DNA from: an uncultured Acidobacteriota bacterium
GTDB lineage: Bacteria; Acidobacteriota; UBA6911
Reading direction: 5' to 3'
Assembly: GCA_963827655.1 (NCBI GenBank)
Contig: CAWHCF010000006.1
Coordinates: 160,001 to 224,000, forward strand
Length of the DNA: 64,000 nucleotides
Shown one piece after another: positions 1 through 11,201 of the stretch. Each line of letters begins with the position of its first letter. Position 1 is the first letter of the stretch. The notes beneath the pieces were generated by a model that was given only the letters and a program-made list of their open reading frames with translations, was not told the origin of the DNA and ran no database searches. The position numbers were made by a program, and so were the translations under genes.

Positions 1-1813
1 GTCCATCTCGACAAACCGGTGAACGATTACCGCTGGTTTCGCGGCTTCAACGACTATGATGCCTGGCAGGCCAGCGGTGTCTCGGGTCAAGGGGCAAGAG
101 CCTTTTACTATCCGCCGCAACCCAAACGCTGCGCCGATTGCCACATGCCCCTGGTTGAAAGCAAGGACGCCGGCAATATCGGCGGAAAAGTTCACGACCA
201 TCGATTCCCGGCGGCAAATACCGCCCTTCCGTTCGTCAATAAAGACGAGACCCAACTTCGGAAAACGATTGAGTTTCTGCAGAACAAGCAAGTCACCGTC
301 GACATCTTCGGCATCAGCCGCGTCGCCGAAGGTTCCGGGTCGGAAGAGCCCGCTGCCGGCAAAACCCAGTCGCTTCGCGTAGCCACTCATTTTGCAGAAC
401 CGGAAGAGATGGGCGCGGCGGGCGGAATTGGCGCGGCACTAACCGATGTCTCGCTGCTGACCGCGCCGCTGGGTGCGGTCGAAGGCGAAGTTCGAGCCGG
501 AGAAAGCGTCCGGGTCGAAGTCGTGGTGCGCACGCGCGGCGTCGGGCATTTCTTTCCGGGGGGCACAGTTGACGCATTCGACGTCTGGCTGGAATTAAAG
601 GCCGAGGACGAAGCGGGCCGCGCATTTTACTGGAGCGGCATGGTCGAGGACGATGGCAAGGGACCCGTGGAAAAAGGCGCTCACATGTACCGCGCCTTTC
701 TGCTCGACGGGATGGGCAACTACATCAACAAGCGTAACGCCTGGGCCGCGCGTTCGGTTCTCTATGTTCGCCTGATTCCTCCGGGTGCTGCCGATACCGC
801 GCACTTCCGCCTCAGGGTACCTGAAAACGCCGGATCGCTCGTGAAGCTCACCGCCAAGCTGAACTATCGCAAGTTCAGCTGGTGGAATACCCAGTGGGCT
901 TTTGCCGGCGTGCGCGACCCTCTTCAGGGATCTTTCCCGTTGGCCAAGGGGTACGACAGCGGCCGCTGGATCTTCACCGGAGATACGTCGGGCGTGAGCG
1001 GGGAGGTCAAGGCAATCCCCAATCTGCCGATCGTGGTCATGGCAAGCGACAGCAAAATCTTACGCGTAGTCGACCGCCGCCAACCGGTTCCAGTCCCCAA
1101 GGTGGCAGCCGGCAAAGAAGTGCGGGAGCGCTGGAATGACTATGGAATCGGGCTCCTGCTGCAGGGCGACCTGAGAGGCGCCGAGGCTGTGTTTCTCAAG
1201 GTGACGGAAATGGATCCTGCCTATGCCGATGGCTTCGTCAATGTGGCGCGCTGCCGGATCCAGATGGGAGACAACGCTGGCGCCCAGGAGGTGCTCCAGC
1301 AGGCACTCAAACTCGAGCCGTCTCTGGCAAAGAGCCATTATTTCTATGGCCAGACCTTGAAGATCCTGGGCCGGTACGATGACGCCCTGACTCACTTGCG
1401 GCAAGCCGAAGCACAGTTTCCTCGCGACCGGGCCGTGCTCAATGAGATCGGCCGCGTGCTGTTCCTGCAGCGTCGCTATGACGAATCGGTCGCCGCGCTT
1501 CGCCGCGTCCTGGAGGTCGATCCGGAGGACTTGCAGGCTCATTACAATCTCATGCTGGCCTATCGCGGCGCCGGCAAGATCGACGAGGCGCAGCGCGAAC
1601 AGGCTCTCTACGAAAGATTCAAGGCCGATGAGGCTTCCCAGGCAATCACCGGCCACTACCGAAGACAAAACCCCGAAGACAACAACGAGCGCCAGCGCAT
1701 CCACGAACATGGACCCGCCGCTGGGCCCCAGTTACCGCCCGCCGGGCTCCGTCCAGCTCACCAAGGTGAAGTCGACTCCCAGCAGCAATGCTTCCCCGGG
1801 CGGAAGTCAGTGA
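1..1813 (+). CDS. TPR-repeat protein with c-type heme motif (5'-partial; probable +1 frameshift near 1711)
   Basis: ORF 19..2277 is open from the window edge, with a CADCH heme motif and C-terminal TPR helices. After IHEH the plausible tail (DPPLGPSYRPPG...GGSQ*) lies in the +1 frame ending at TGA 1811-1813. The unshifted frame would overlap the next gene by about 400 nt. Confidence 0.75.
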
Positions 1814-3493
1814 CTCTGCTCAAGACCACGACTCTTACGCACCACTCTGGTCGGGACCCTTGTGTCTTTGAGTCTATGCGGCACAGCATCTGTCTTGACT
1901 GCGCCTGCCATCTCATTCAACGACGTCACGACGGCGGCGGGGATCAAGTTCACGCATTTCACGGGCGGTTTCGGCAAGAAGTATCTTCCCGAAACGATGG
2001 GCTCCGGTTGCGCCTTCTTCGACTTCGACGGCGATGGCTGGGCGGATATTTTGCTGTTGAACGGCAACGACCTGGGCGTTCCCAAGCGCCGCGCCACGAA
2101 TCCCGCGCTCTATCGCAACAATCGCAACGGCACCTTCACGGACGTGACGCGCGCGGCGGGCCTGGCCGTGGACATGTATGCCATGGCAGCAACGCTCGGC
2201 GACTACGACAACGACGGAGACGACGATCTGTACGTGTCCTGTCTGGGGCCCGATCGTCTTTTTCAGAACCAGGGTAAAGGGATCTTCAAAGACGTCACGG
2301 CAGCCACGGGCCTGGGATGTTCCGATTTCGGCGCCAGCGCCGCCTGGCTCGATTACGACCGCGACGGTTGGCTCGATCTGTATGTGGCCAACTATGTCGA
2401 GTGGACTGCGGCCACTGACATTTACTGCACTCTCGACGGCAAGACCAAATCCTACTGCACCCCGGAATCGTACAAAGGCGTGTCGGGAAGGCTGTACCGC
2501 AACCTGAAGGGGAGCCGGTTTCAGGACATGACGCGAACCGCCGGCGTCTTCCTCCCTTCGCAAAAAGGGTTGGGCGTGTGCGTGACCGACGCCGATCTCG
2601 ACGGCTGGCCCGACATCGTGGTGGCCAATGACACCGAGCCGAACAACCTGTTTCTGAACCAGAAGAACGGAAGTTTCAAAGACGTCGGTGTCGCTTCAGG
2701 AATCGCTTTTTCCGAAGAGGGAGTTGCGCGCGGAGCCATGGGGATTGACGCGGCCGACTATGATCTTTCCGGCCGGCCCAGCCTGGTTATCGGCAACTTC
2801 TCGAACCAGATGCTTGCGCTCTATCACAACGAGGGGAAGGCGTTTTTCATCGATGAGGCGCCGGTTTCGGAGATCGGCCACAAGAGTCTTCTTACACTGG
2901 CCTTTGGCTGCTTCTTTTTTGATTTCGACCTGGATGGGTGGGTGGATATTTTCGTGGCCAACGGTCATGTCGAAAATGAAATCAACAAAGTTCAGAGCAA
3001 AGTTACTTACGCCCAGCCCACTCACCTTTTTCGCAATCTCGGCAAGAAACAGTTTCAACAGGTAACCGCCCACGTGGGCGGCGCGCTGGTCAAACCCTAT
3101 GTCGGACGCGGCTCCGCTTATGCCGACTTCGATCGCGACGGAGACCTCGACATTCTCATGACGACTAACGGCGGGACAGCGCACCTGTTTCGCAACGATG
3201 GAGGCAGCCAGTCGCGCTTCATCCGAATCCGGCTGCGCGGGTCCCGGTCCAACCGGAATGGATACGGCACGCTGGTCCAGCTGACAGCGGGGGGTAAGAC
3301 CCAGACTGCGTTTGCACGCAGCGGGCACAGCTATCTTTCCCAGTCGGAATCGGTTCAGACATTCGGAATCGGCAGCTCGACGCGAGCCGAAAAGGTGCGG
3401 CTGGTGTGGCCCTCCGGCGCAGTCCAGGAACTGGGCGCCTTGGATGCAGGCAAGGAATACTTGATTGATGAGTCGAAAGGAATCGTGCCGTAA
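1810..3493 (+). CDS. CRTAC1 family protein (FG-GAP/VCBS repeats + ASPIC/UnbV domain)
   Basis: ORF 1862..3493 has repeated DxDxDGxxD motifs, ETMGSG and a C-terminal SYLSQS..FG.G..WPSG. A signal-peptide-like stretch continues upstream in frame to about 1814. The start is probably GTG 1810 plus a +1 indel, otherwise 1862. Confidence 0.85.
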
Positions 3494-3495
3494 AC

Positions 3496-3574
3496 AGGAT
3501 CTAGGATTTAGGATCTAGGATCTAGGACTTGATCGCCTGAATCCTAGATCCTGAATCCTAGATCCTAAATCCTA
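3496..3574. repeat. Inverted 7-mer tandem array (AGGATCT)n/(ATCCTAG)n between convergent genes; possible bidirectional terminator
   Basis: aggatctaggatttaggatctaggatctagga ... atcctagatcctgaatcctagatcctaaatccta. Confidence 0.85.
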
Positions 3575-5009
3575 CGCTCTTGCGCTTCCAGTAAAAGTAA
3601 AACGGAACTCCGCTAGCGATCACCGCGAGGCCTAAAAGCGATTCTCGCGGCCGGCCCGTGAACGTGACGGCCAGAATCCACAGGCTGAAAGCCAGAAACA
3701 CCAACATCGTCCAGGGATAGCCCCAACCTGTATAGACTCGAGACTCGGTCCCGATTTTCTTGCGGATGAAATACACCGACGCTACTGTCATCGCCGAGAA
3801 GAGGATCAGAACAACACCGGAGAAGGTCAAGAGTTGTTCGAAGCGTCCTGTGAACACAAGCAGGACCGACCAGACCGCCTGCAGAAGAATGGCATTCCCC
3901 GGCGTTCCAAAGCGGGGATGGACCCGAGCAATCGCCTTGGGGAAAAGTCCATCGTGCGCCATCGCGTAGTAGATTCGTGGCCCGCCTATGATCATGGCGC
4001 TGATGGAGCCCAGAATAGTTCCCATGAAGATGATATTCAGAAATGGGGCTACATTGATGCCGAACAGATTCAGACTGGCCAGTTCCGCAATCCGGATGAC
4101 GCTGGCCATTTCACTGAGGGGAATAGCGTAGATGTAGAGGGCATTCATGGCTATATACAGGACCACGACCAGCAACGTCCCCAGAAAGAGCGAGCGTGGA
4201 ATATTCCGCACCGGGTTCCGAATTTCCCCGCCGATGTAGGCTGCGGCGTTCCAGCCACTGTAAGAGAACATCACGAAGATTAACCCGCCTGCCACGGAGG
4301 AAGCAAACCGCGGCCACTCCGAGATCGGCACGGTCGAAGCAAAGTGAGAGACATTTCCCTTTCCCACAAGGAAACCGCAGACGATGAAGATAACGATTAT
4401 GGCGACTTTAAAGGTAGTCAGTCCGACATGGACCGGCCCGCCCACTTTTACTTTGCAGTAGTGAACGCCCGAGAGAATGAGAATAACGCTCGCGCTCACA
4501 AAATGTCCGGGCAGCAGAAATCCCTGGCTTGCCGCTTCCGGCCTCTGTGTGCTCAGCACGGGGAAATAGAAGCTCATGTATTCCGTGAATCCCACAGCTG
4601 CAGCGGCGATTGGAGCCGAGAAGCCGGCGAAGAGCGATGCCCACCCGCTGAGGAAGGAAGGAAGCGGGCCGTAAGCCTCTCGCAGATAGGCGTATTCCCC
4701 GCCAGCACGCGGGAACGTCGCGCCCAGTTCCGCATAACAGAGGGCGCCCGACAGCGCCAGGATTCCGCCTGCCAGCCAGATGCCCAGGAGCAGCCTGGCG
4801 TCGCCCAGATCGCGCGCCAGGAGTCCGGATGTGGTGAAGATCCCAACGCCGATGACGTTCGAGACCACCACCGAGGCCGCAAGCGCCAGCCCCATGTTGC
4901 GGGGAAGCGTTGTCAGAGGGCGTTTTTCAGTTTCGAGAATGGTAGCCACTGGATCAGCCAAGGATGAGGCAGCGGGCGACCACGGTTTTCGCGCCCCTGC
5001 GGTTATCAA
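3558..5009 (-). CDS. APC family amino acid permease
   Basis: About 12 hydrophobic segments and the motifs IGVGIF, ELGATFPRAGGEY and FSYSGWNAA. The start may be GTG 4949. Confidence 0.9.
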   Translation of the reverse strand: MITAGARKPWSPAASSLADPVATILETEKRPLTTLPRNMGLALAASVVVSNVIGVGIFTTSGLLARDLGDARLLLGIWLAGGILALSGALCYAELGATFPRAGGEYAYLREAYGPLPSFLSGWASLFAGFSAPIAAAAVGFTEYMSFYFPVLSTQRPEAASQGFLLPGHFVSASVILILSGVHYCKVKVGGPVHVGLTTFKVAIIVIFIVCGFLVGKGNVSHFASTVPISEWPRFASSVAGGLIFVMFSYSGWNAAAYIGGEIRNPVRNIPRSLFLGTLLVVVLYIAMNALYIYAIPLSEMASVIRIAELASLNLFGINVAPFLNIIFMGTILGSISAMIIGGPRIYYAMAHDGLFPKAIARVHPRFGTPGNAILLQAVWSVLLVFTGRFEQLLTFSGVVLILFSAMTVASVYFIRKKIGTESRVYTGWGYPWTMLVFLAFSLWILAVTFTGRPRESLLGLAVIASGVPFYFYWKRKSVGFRI

Positions 5010-5238
5010 TGAACTCGTAGTTCGGCAAACCGGGCACGCAGCATGTTATCGGAACTGAACTTGCTTTTCCAGTGACTCCTGTTTGGCGCCTGAATCACAC
5101 CTTATCGCTGACACTATAAAGGACTGTAATTGAACCTTGGCACCTTTTTCCGTATCATATACCCATCGAGTCTGGGCGGCGTTCGAGTGAGAGACTTTGC
5201 GCCGCATATTTGGGTTGTGCTCAACTGGGAGATTATAA

Positions 5239-6145
5239 ATGGACCAATCTTCGATGGATTCTTATCTGACCGCTCGTAATCCGGGGCCGAAACCAACCGG
5301 CGGTCCTGGCCCGGTGTGGCCTATTATCGTTGTGATCACCGTGCTGCTTGGGGCCGTGATCTACATCCTCTACGATAACAATCGGTTTCAGCAGAAAACG
5401 GCCGCGGATCTAGCGACTATCAGCGAGCAAATCAAGGGCCTCGAAAACCGGGGCCAGGCGGGCCAGGCCAAGCTCTCCGGCTTGATCTCGCAAGCTCAGG
5501 AGGCGGTTGGAAGCACGAAGGCAGAACTGAAGCGGACAGCTCAGCAATTCCAGGCGGATAGCCAGAGATCCAAAGCGGAACTCAGCGAAGCAATCTCGGC
5601 CAAGGCCGATACCACTCAGGTTCAAGCCCTGAAACAGGAAGCCGAAAGCAAAATCGGCCAGGTCAGCTCTGAAGTGGGTGGGGTCAAGACCGAGGTTGGC
5701 ACGGTCAAGACCGACCTGGCAAGCACGAAGCAGAATCTTGAAGGAACTCAGCGCCAGCTCGTGGATGTCAAGGAAACGCTGAGCGCGGCCGTCGCGCGGA
5801 ACGCCACCGAGCTCGCAAGCCTGCGCCGCAAGGGGGAGACGGGACTATTTCGAGTTTGAAATTCCCAAGAAGAACGTGCTCACGAAAGTCGAAGACATTA
5901 GACTGGTCCTTACCAAGACCGACCACAAGAAAGGCAAGTACAGCGTTAGTGTAATTGTGGATGATAGCAAGCTGGAAAAACGGGACCGCACGGTCAACGA
6001 GCCCGTTCAATTCCTGGTCGGGCGAGATCGCCTTCGATATGAACTGGTAATCAACTGGGTGCAGAAGGATAAGATCGGCGGTTACCTGAGCACCCCGAAA
6101 GACAAGAGCCTCTCCGCCGAGCGCGCCACAGCCAAATCTAATTGA
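5239..6145 (+). CDS. Conserved acidobacterial membrane-anchored coiled-coil hypothetical protein (split by a +1 indel at about 5839)
   Basis: ORFs 5239..5859 and 5876..6145 join as LRRKGERDYFEFEIPKK if one A is removed. It has an N-terminal TM helix, a coiled coil and a C-terminal EKRDRTVNEPVQF..GYLSTPK. Confidence 0.75.
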
Positions 6146-6216
6146 CGATGGAGAATGATTGACGATTGACGATTACGGGGATGAAATCGTCAATCGTCAA
6201 TCGTCAATCGTCAATC
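6141..6216. repeat. Inverted 7-mer array (ATTGACG)n/(CGTCAAT)n overlapping a stop codon and a start codon
   Basis: attgacgatg...attgacgattgacgatt then aatcgtcaatcgtcaatcgtcaatcgtcaatc. Confidence 0.85.
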
Positions 6217-7893
6217 CGCACCGCCCCTGTCTATCTCGCAATCATTCTGATCTACGTCATCTCGGCCTTTCTGGTCGATCCCCGGGGAGAGTTTCCACTC
6301 AACGACGATTGGAGCTACTCGCGTTCGGCCTTCCGTTTCGCGCGGGAGAATGTCATCGAGGTCGACGAATGGTGCGCGCCGAGCCTGTTCGGCCAGGCGC
6401 TCTATGGCGGGTTGCTGGCTAAGTTATTCGGGCCCAGCTTCACGGTGTTGCGCCTCTCGACGCTGATTCTATCCTGCGGGCTGTCGCTGATTCTCTGGCG
6501 AACGCTTCAAGCGCTCAACGTAGACCGGATCATGAGCTGGATCGTGGTACTGGCCTGGATCTTCAATCCTATCCAATTCTCGCTGTCATTCACCTACATG
6601 ACCGAGATCCCGTTCGCCTTTTTTACCGGACTGGGCCTGCTCGCCATGGTTCGATACCTGGAAACTGGCAGAATCGCGTCTCTGGTCGCAAGCGCTTCGG
6701 CCCTCGGATTCTCGGCGCTGATTCGCCAGATCGCGGCATTGTTCATCGCCCCGTTGTTCCTGGGACTGTCGCTACCACAGCCGGGCAGACCATGGCGCCA
6801 GTCCCTGTGGCGAGCCGTCCTTTTTGCCGCATCGACCGTCCCCTTTCTCGCCGTTTACTACCTGTGGCTGGCTCGCCGCGGCGGCCCCACTCCGGCCGCG
6901 CGCAGGAAATTCGAACTGTTGAGCCAGCTCACCACCGAGCAGGTTATCGGCAACTCGTACGGTTTGCTTTTCTATGTTTGTTTCATGTTGCTTCCGCTGT
7001 TGCTCTATGTGGTTCCCTCTCTTCGCTCAAGCTGGAAAGAAGCCGCAAGACCGTTCAGAATCCTGAGCCTTGTGGGGACGCTGTCGTTCATTGGTCTCGG
7101 ACTGTGGTGGTTCCGTGGATATTCTTCCCCGGACTATTTTCCTTCCAGGGCTTATCACGGAAGAATGCCATTTCTCCTCAACATCCTCTACGACACGGGG
7201 CTTGGCCCGCTCACACTCGACCCGACGTACTATGCTTCCATTCCCTCTCCCGTTTACCCTGCGGTCTGGATCCTGGTTACGATTGCGGTAGCGGGAGGAT
7301 TGGCCGTGCTTGCCCTGTCTTGCCTGCTGGGCGGAAAACGGGCCGCTGACTCCGGGGGCCGTGACCGAACCGTGCTGTTTGTAACAGGAGGAGCCTTCCT
7401 TCTAATTGCGGCTTTTGAGATCGTCTTCAGCCACTTGCAGGAAGGAGGACTCTTCGACCGGCATATGCTGGCTGCGGCTTATCCGCTGGCTCTGTTTGTG
7501 GCAGTCTTGCATCGTCGAAGCGCAACCGCCGCGCGCGCGACCACGCTTCTCGCTTGTTTGCTGACGGGAGGACTGGCTTACTTTTCCGTAACTGCCACCC
7601 ACGACTATCTTGCCTGGAACAGGATTCGGTGGGAAATGGGGAACGAGCTGCTCGCCCAGGGAGTCGATTCGCTCAACATCGCGGGAGGATTCGAATTCAA
7701 CGGCTGGCACAACTACGACACTTTTCGGGCCCGGGGCAACGTCGAGCGCGTATTCCACTGGTGGTACGACGAGCCCATTTACCTTATTTCGATGAGTGTT
7801 GAGCCGGGATACCGGATTGTGAGAAGGGCCGAATATGCGTCCTGGCTCCATCGCCGTCCAATTGCGCTATATCTTTTGAAAAAATCCGGTTAA
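6181..7893 (+). CDS. GT-C fold membrane glycosyltransferase (GT39/ArnT-like)
   Basis: Multi-TM 570 aa protein with FPLNDDWSY after the first TM, plus YMTEIPF and LIRQ. The start is uncertain. Confidence 0.7.
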   Translation: MKSSIVNRQSSIRTAPVYLAIILIYVISAFLVDPRGEFPLNDDWSYSRSAFRFARENVIEVDEWCAPSLFGQALYGGLLAKLFGPSFTVLRLSTLILSCGLSLILWRTLQALNVDRIMSWIVVLAWIFNPIQFSLSFTYMTEIPFAFFTGLGLLAMVRYLETGRIASLVASASALGFSALIRQIAALFIAPLFLGLSLPQPGRPWRQSLWRAVLFAASTVPFLAVYYLWLARRGGPTPAARRKFELLSQLTTEQVIGNSYGLLFYVCFMLLPLLLYVVPSLRSSWKEAARPFRILSLVGTLSFIGLGLWWFRGYSSPDYFPSRAYHGRMPFLLNILYDTGLGPLTLDPTYYASIPSPVYPAVWILVTIAVAGGLAVLALSCLLGGKRAADSGGRDRTVLFVTGGAFLLIAAFEIVFSHLQEGGLFDRHMLAAAYPLALFVAVLHRRSATAARATTLLACLLTGGLAYFSVTATHDYLAWNRIRWEMGNELLAQGVDSLNIAGGFEFNGWHNYDTFRARGNVERVFHWWYDEPIYLISMSVEPGYRIVRRAEYASWLHRRPIALYLLKKSG

Positions 7894-7897
7894 CAAA

Positions 7898-7992
7898 TAC
7901 CACTAAGACTCAAAGACACGAAGAAACACCGAGCAAAAGAAACAAAGTTCTTGTTGTTCGTGCTTCTTTAGGGTCTTCGCGTCTTGGCGGTT
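7898..7992. repeat. Inverted pair of 9-nt-period repeats (AAGACxCxA / CTTxGxGT)
   Basis: ccactaagactcaaagacacgaagaaacac ... ttcgtgcttctttagggtcttcgcgtcttggcggt. Confidence 0.7.
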
Positions 7993-8039
7993 GCCGCAAT
8001 TCACGATTGGCTTTGCACGCGGGAAGGGACGATGCTACG

Positions 8040-9050
8040 ATGGGCCCGAGCCGCCTCATGGGTTATTTGGTTGCAGTTCTTGTGCTTGCTATCTCGCCGT
8101 CCGCCGCCCTTCTCGCGCAGTCCCCAGCGACGTCGTACACCATCTATGGGGTTGTGCGGCTCCCGTCGGGCGAGCCTGCTGCCCGTGTCATCGTCAAGAT
8201 CACGAGCCAGTCAGGCCTGGACCGCCAGTACTTCGCCGATGACACGGGGCGCTACGAGATCCGCGACCTTCCACGGGGCAGCTATCAAGTCACCGCGGTC
8301 AATCCTTCTGACCCAAGCCAGTACTCCGATACCGCGGACGCCGACACGAGCCGGTCCTTCGCTTCAAGGATGCTGGTCCACTTGTACCTGCACAGCCGCT
8401 CCGCTTCCCGTACGGAAAAGGCCGCGGCTCCGGTGATCAGCGTCGGCGAGGCGGCGCAGCGCGTTCCGAAACCGGCCCTCAAAGCCTATGAACACGCGAT
8501 CAAGCTCCGCAACGAGCGGAAACTTCAGGAAGCGCTCACAGACCTGGACAAAGCCGTCGCACTTTACCCGGGCTACTTCCAGGCACTCGCCGAGCGCGGC
8601 CACGTCAAGATCGGACTCGGACGGAGCCTGGATGCCGCGCGCGACTTTGCCGCGGCGTTGCTCTTGAACCCGCAGTACGAGCTGGCCTTGCGAGGGTCTG
8701 GAATCTGCAAGCTCGAGCAGGGGAAGTTCGCCGAGGCCGTCACCGACCTGGAGTCCGCCGCCGCGCTCAACCCGGCCGTCACTTCCACATACCTCTTCCT
8801 CGGAGTCGCCAACGTCGGCCTCGACCGGCGCGAGGCGGCGCGATCGGCTCTGCAGAAGGCGCTGCGCCTGGATGCCAACGCGGCCGTGCGCGCGCACGTC
8901 CATCTGGCGAACCTATACATCAAGGAAAACCGCCTTCAGGAAGCCGTCACCGAACTTCAGGTGTACCTCGCGGCCGCACCCAATGCCCCGGACGCCGAAA
9001 GGCTGCGCTCGGTCGAAGCCCAGCTCCGCGCCCGAGTGAACAAGAATTGA
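8040..9050 (+). CDS. Secreted carboxypeptidase-regulatory-like domain + TPR protein
   Basis: Signal peptide, IYGVVRLPSGEP..DDTGRYEIRDLPRGSY, then TPR helices. Confidence 0.8.
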   Translation: MGPSRLMGYLVAVLVLAISPSAALLAQSPATSYTIYGVVRLPSGEPAARVIVKITSQSGLDRQYFADDTGRYEIRDLPRGSYQVTAVNPSDPSQYSDTADADTSRSFASRMLVHLYLHSRSASRTEKAAAPVISVGEAAQRVPKPALKAYEHAIKLRNERKLQEALTDLDKAVALYPGYFQALAERGHVKIGLGRSLDAARDFAAALLLNPQYELALRGSGICKLEQGKFAEAVTDLESAAALNPAVTSTYLFLGVANVGLDRREAARSALQKALRLDANAAVRAHVHLANLYIKENRLQEAVTELQVYLAAAPNAPDAERLRSVEAQLRARVNKN

Positions 9051-9203
9051 CGATTGCACCATAAGGGTCGTGGGTCTTCGTTAATCATCGATCGGTCGTA
9101 CTTCGCGATGCATCGCCTCTTACTCACACCAATCGCGCTACACCTCATTCGCCGCCGCTTGCTGTTTTTGCAATCGTCAATCGTCAATCGTCAATCGTCA
9201 ATC
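9046..9203. repeat. Inverted 7-mer array (ATTGACG)/(CAATCGT)x4
   Basis: attgacgattgca at the stop codon; tgcaatcgtcaatcgtcaatcgtcaatcgtcaatc just before the next start. Confidence 0.8.
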
Positions 9204-9214
9204 CTTAGGCCTTC

Positions 9215-10336
9215 ATGCCCCGCCTCCTGCCCGTAATCATCCTGCTGCCGCTTGCAGGTTTTGCCATCGTCAATCGGCCTCAGCTTTCGACCGATGAGCG
9301 CTCCAACCCGGCCGTCGAGCCCAGGATGGCTGCAGACAACGAGAACAAGTTCGTAGGCGCCGCCAGCTGCGTCCCCTGTCACAAGAGCCAGGCCGACAAA
9401 CAACTTGCCAGCAACATGGCCAGGGCTGCCTATTCTCCCAGGGAGCATCCGTTATTTGACCGATTCAAAAACGAAGCCGCGCGACTCTCGGGATTTCGCT
9501 TCCTGTTTCTTTGGGAACGCGATCCGTTTGAGATTTCTGTTTCGGATGGCGTGCGCGAACTGCGAATCCCGGCGCAATGGGCGCTGGGAGCCGGAGTTCA
9601 CGGAGTGACCTTCGTCGCCAGGCTCGGGAAGGAAAAGTATCTGGAGTACCTTCTCACCTACTATTCGCATACCGGCCGTCTCGACTTCACCCCTGGCCAG
9701 GGAGATCGCCCATTCCAAACTCTTGCCGAAGCGGCCGGGCAGCCCAACAGCCGGGACGAAGCGTTTCGCTGCCTTTCGTGCCATACTACCGGAAGCGTTG
9801 ATCCCCCCGGCGCCGACGACATTCGCGTTGGAGAGCTGGGGGTACGTTGCGAGGCGTGCCATGGCGCCGGGTTGTTGCATCTCGAGGCAGCCAAGCGAGA
9901 AGACTGGCAAGAAGCAAGGCGGCAAATCCGCAACCCCGGGCGATCCACCGCCACCGAAGTTCTCAGGCTTTGCGGAGGTTGCCACCGTGAGCCGCCCGCG
10001 GATGCGAAGCAGGTAAACTGGAAGGATCCGGCAAATGCGCGTTTTCAGCCTGTCGGGTTAAGCCAGAGTCGCTGTTTTCTGCGGAGCGACGGAAAGATTT
10101 CATGCCTTACGTGTCACGACTCGCATTCGGACGTCCGGCGCGCGGAGCCAAAATTCTATTCCGATATATGCGCCCGATGCCACAATCCGGCACAATTCCC
10201 GCCCGCCGCCAACTGCTCCGCATCGGGTTGCGTCGGCTGCCACATGCCCCGGGTTCAAGCCATCAGCCACATGGAGTTCAGCAATCATTGGATTGGAATC
10301 TACTCGAGTTCGAATCGCCTGGTGCCGGCCCGCTGA
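9215..10336 (+). CDS. Multiheme c-type cytochrome (7 CxxCH)
   Basis: Signal peptide; CVPCH, CLSCH, CEACH, CGGCH, CLTCH, CARCH, CVGCH. Confidence 0.9.
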   Translation: MPRLLPVIILLPLAGFAIVNRPQLSTDERSNPAVEPRMAADNENKFVGAASCVPCHKSQADKQLASNMARAAYSPREHPLFDRFKNEAARLSGFRFLFLWERDPFEISVSDGVRELRIPAQWALGAGVHGVTFVARLGKEKYLEYLLTYYSHTGRLDFTPGQGDRPFQTLAEAAGQPNSRDEAFRCLSCHTTGSVDPPGADDIRVGELGVRCEACHGAGLLHLEAAKREDWQEARRQIRNPGRSTATEVLRLCGGCHREPPADAKQVNWKDPANARFQPVGLSQSRCFLRSDGKISCLTCHDSHSDVRRAEPKFYSDICARCHNPAQFPPAANCSASGCVGCHMPRVQAISHMEFSNHWIGIYSSSNRLVPAR

Positions 10337-10382
10337 CGTTTGCCCCGGCGGTGTCGCGTCCTGACGGTCAAGAGGAATCCTC

Positions 10383-11153
10383 ATGAGCGCATCATCAATC
10401 TACTTCGAGCGAACCATGGCGCTCCTGGAGCGCATCCGGGAAACGCAAGTGTCCGCGATCGAGAAAGCAGCCGATATCTGCGCCGGCTGTATCGCCAGAG
10501 AGGGACTGGTTTTTCTTTTCGGAGCCGGACACTCCCGAATGCTGTGCGAAGAAATGACCCCGCGCCAGGGATGCTTCCCCGGCTTCGTCGCCCTGGTGGA
10601 AATGGCGCTTTCGACCCATTTTTCCATCGTGGGCGCGAACGGCCTGAGACCGCCGTTGTACCTCGAGAAATACGAAGGCTACGCGGAAGAAATCCTGAAG
10701 GGATTCAAATTCGGACCGAATGATGCCTTCATCATCATCTCTACCAGCGGGATTCGTCCGATCATCGTCGAGATGGCTCTGGGAGCCAAGCGCCGCAAGC
10801 TTCCGGTGATTGCGATTACTTCACGCGCGCACTCCCAGGCGGCGGATGCCTCCCATTCTTCCGGTCAAAAACTGATGGATGTTGCCGACGTGGTCCTCGA
10901 CAATCAGTGCCCGCCGGGCGATTGCGTTGTCGAGCTGTCAGGCCTGGACTGGCGCACCGGGCCAGCCTCCACCGTTACGGGCGCAATGATCATCAACATG
11001 CTCCGCTGCGAGGTAGCCGAACGCCTTCTTGAGCTCGGCCGTCAGCCGGTGCTCTTACCCAGCCATCAGTTTCAGGGCAACATCAGCGCCGAGAAACAAC
11101 TCGAGCGGTTTTACGAGGCTTACCGGAAGAGTCTTGCCCATCTTTACGAGTGA
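10383..11153 (+). CDS. SIS domain sugar isomerase-like protein
   Basis: FLFGAGHS, IISTSG, VIAITS, DVVLDN, GPASTV. Confidence 0.85.
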   Translation: MSASSIYFERTMALLERIRETQVSAIEKAADICAGCIAREGLVFLFGAGHSRMLCEEMTPRQGCFPGFVALVEMALSTHFSIVGANGLRPPLYLEKYEGYAEEILKGFKFGPNDAFIIISTSGIRPIIVEMALGAKRRKLPVIAITSRAHSQAADASHSSGQKLMDVADVVLDNQCPPGDCVVELSGLDWRTGPASTVTGAMIINMLRCEVAERLLELGRQPVLLPSHQFQGNISAEKQLERFYEAYRKSLAHLYE

Positions 11154-11201
11154 CAAGATCGACCGCCAGGAGGCTGAGATGACAGGAAAAGCAAAGGACC
11201 T

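Noticed and set aside
1814-2277. C-terminal extension of ORF 19..2277 as a true overlapping gene
   Set aside because: It is an off-frame translation of the CRTAC1 gene and is explained by a +1 indel near 1711.
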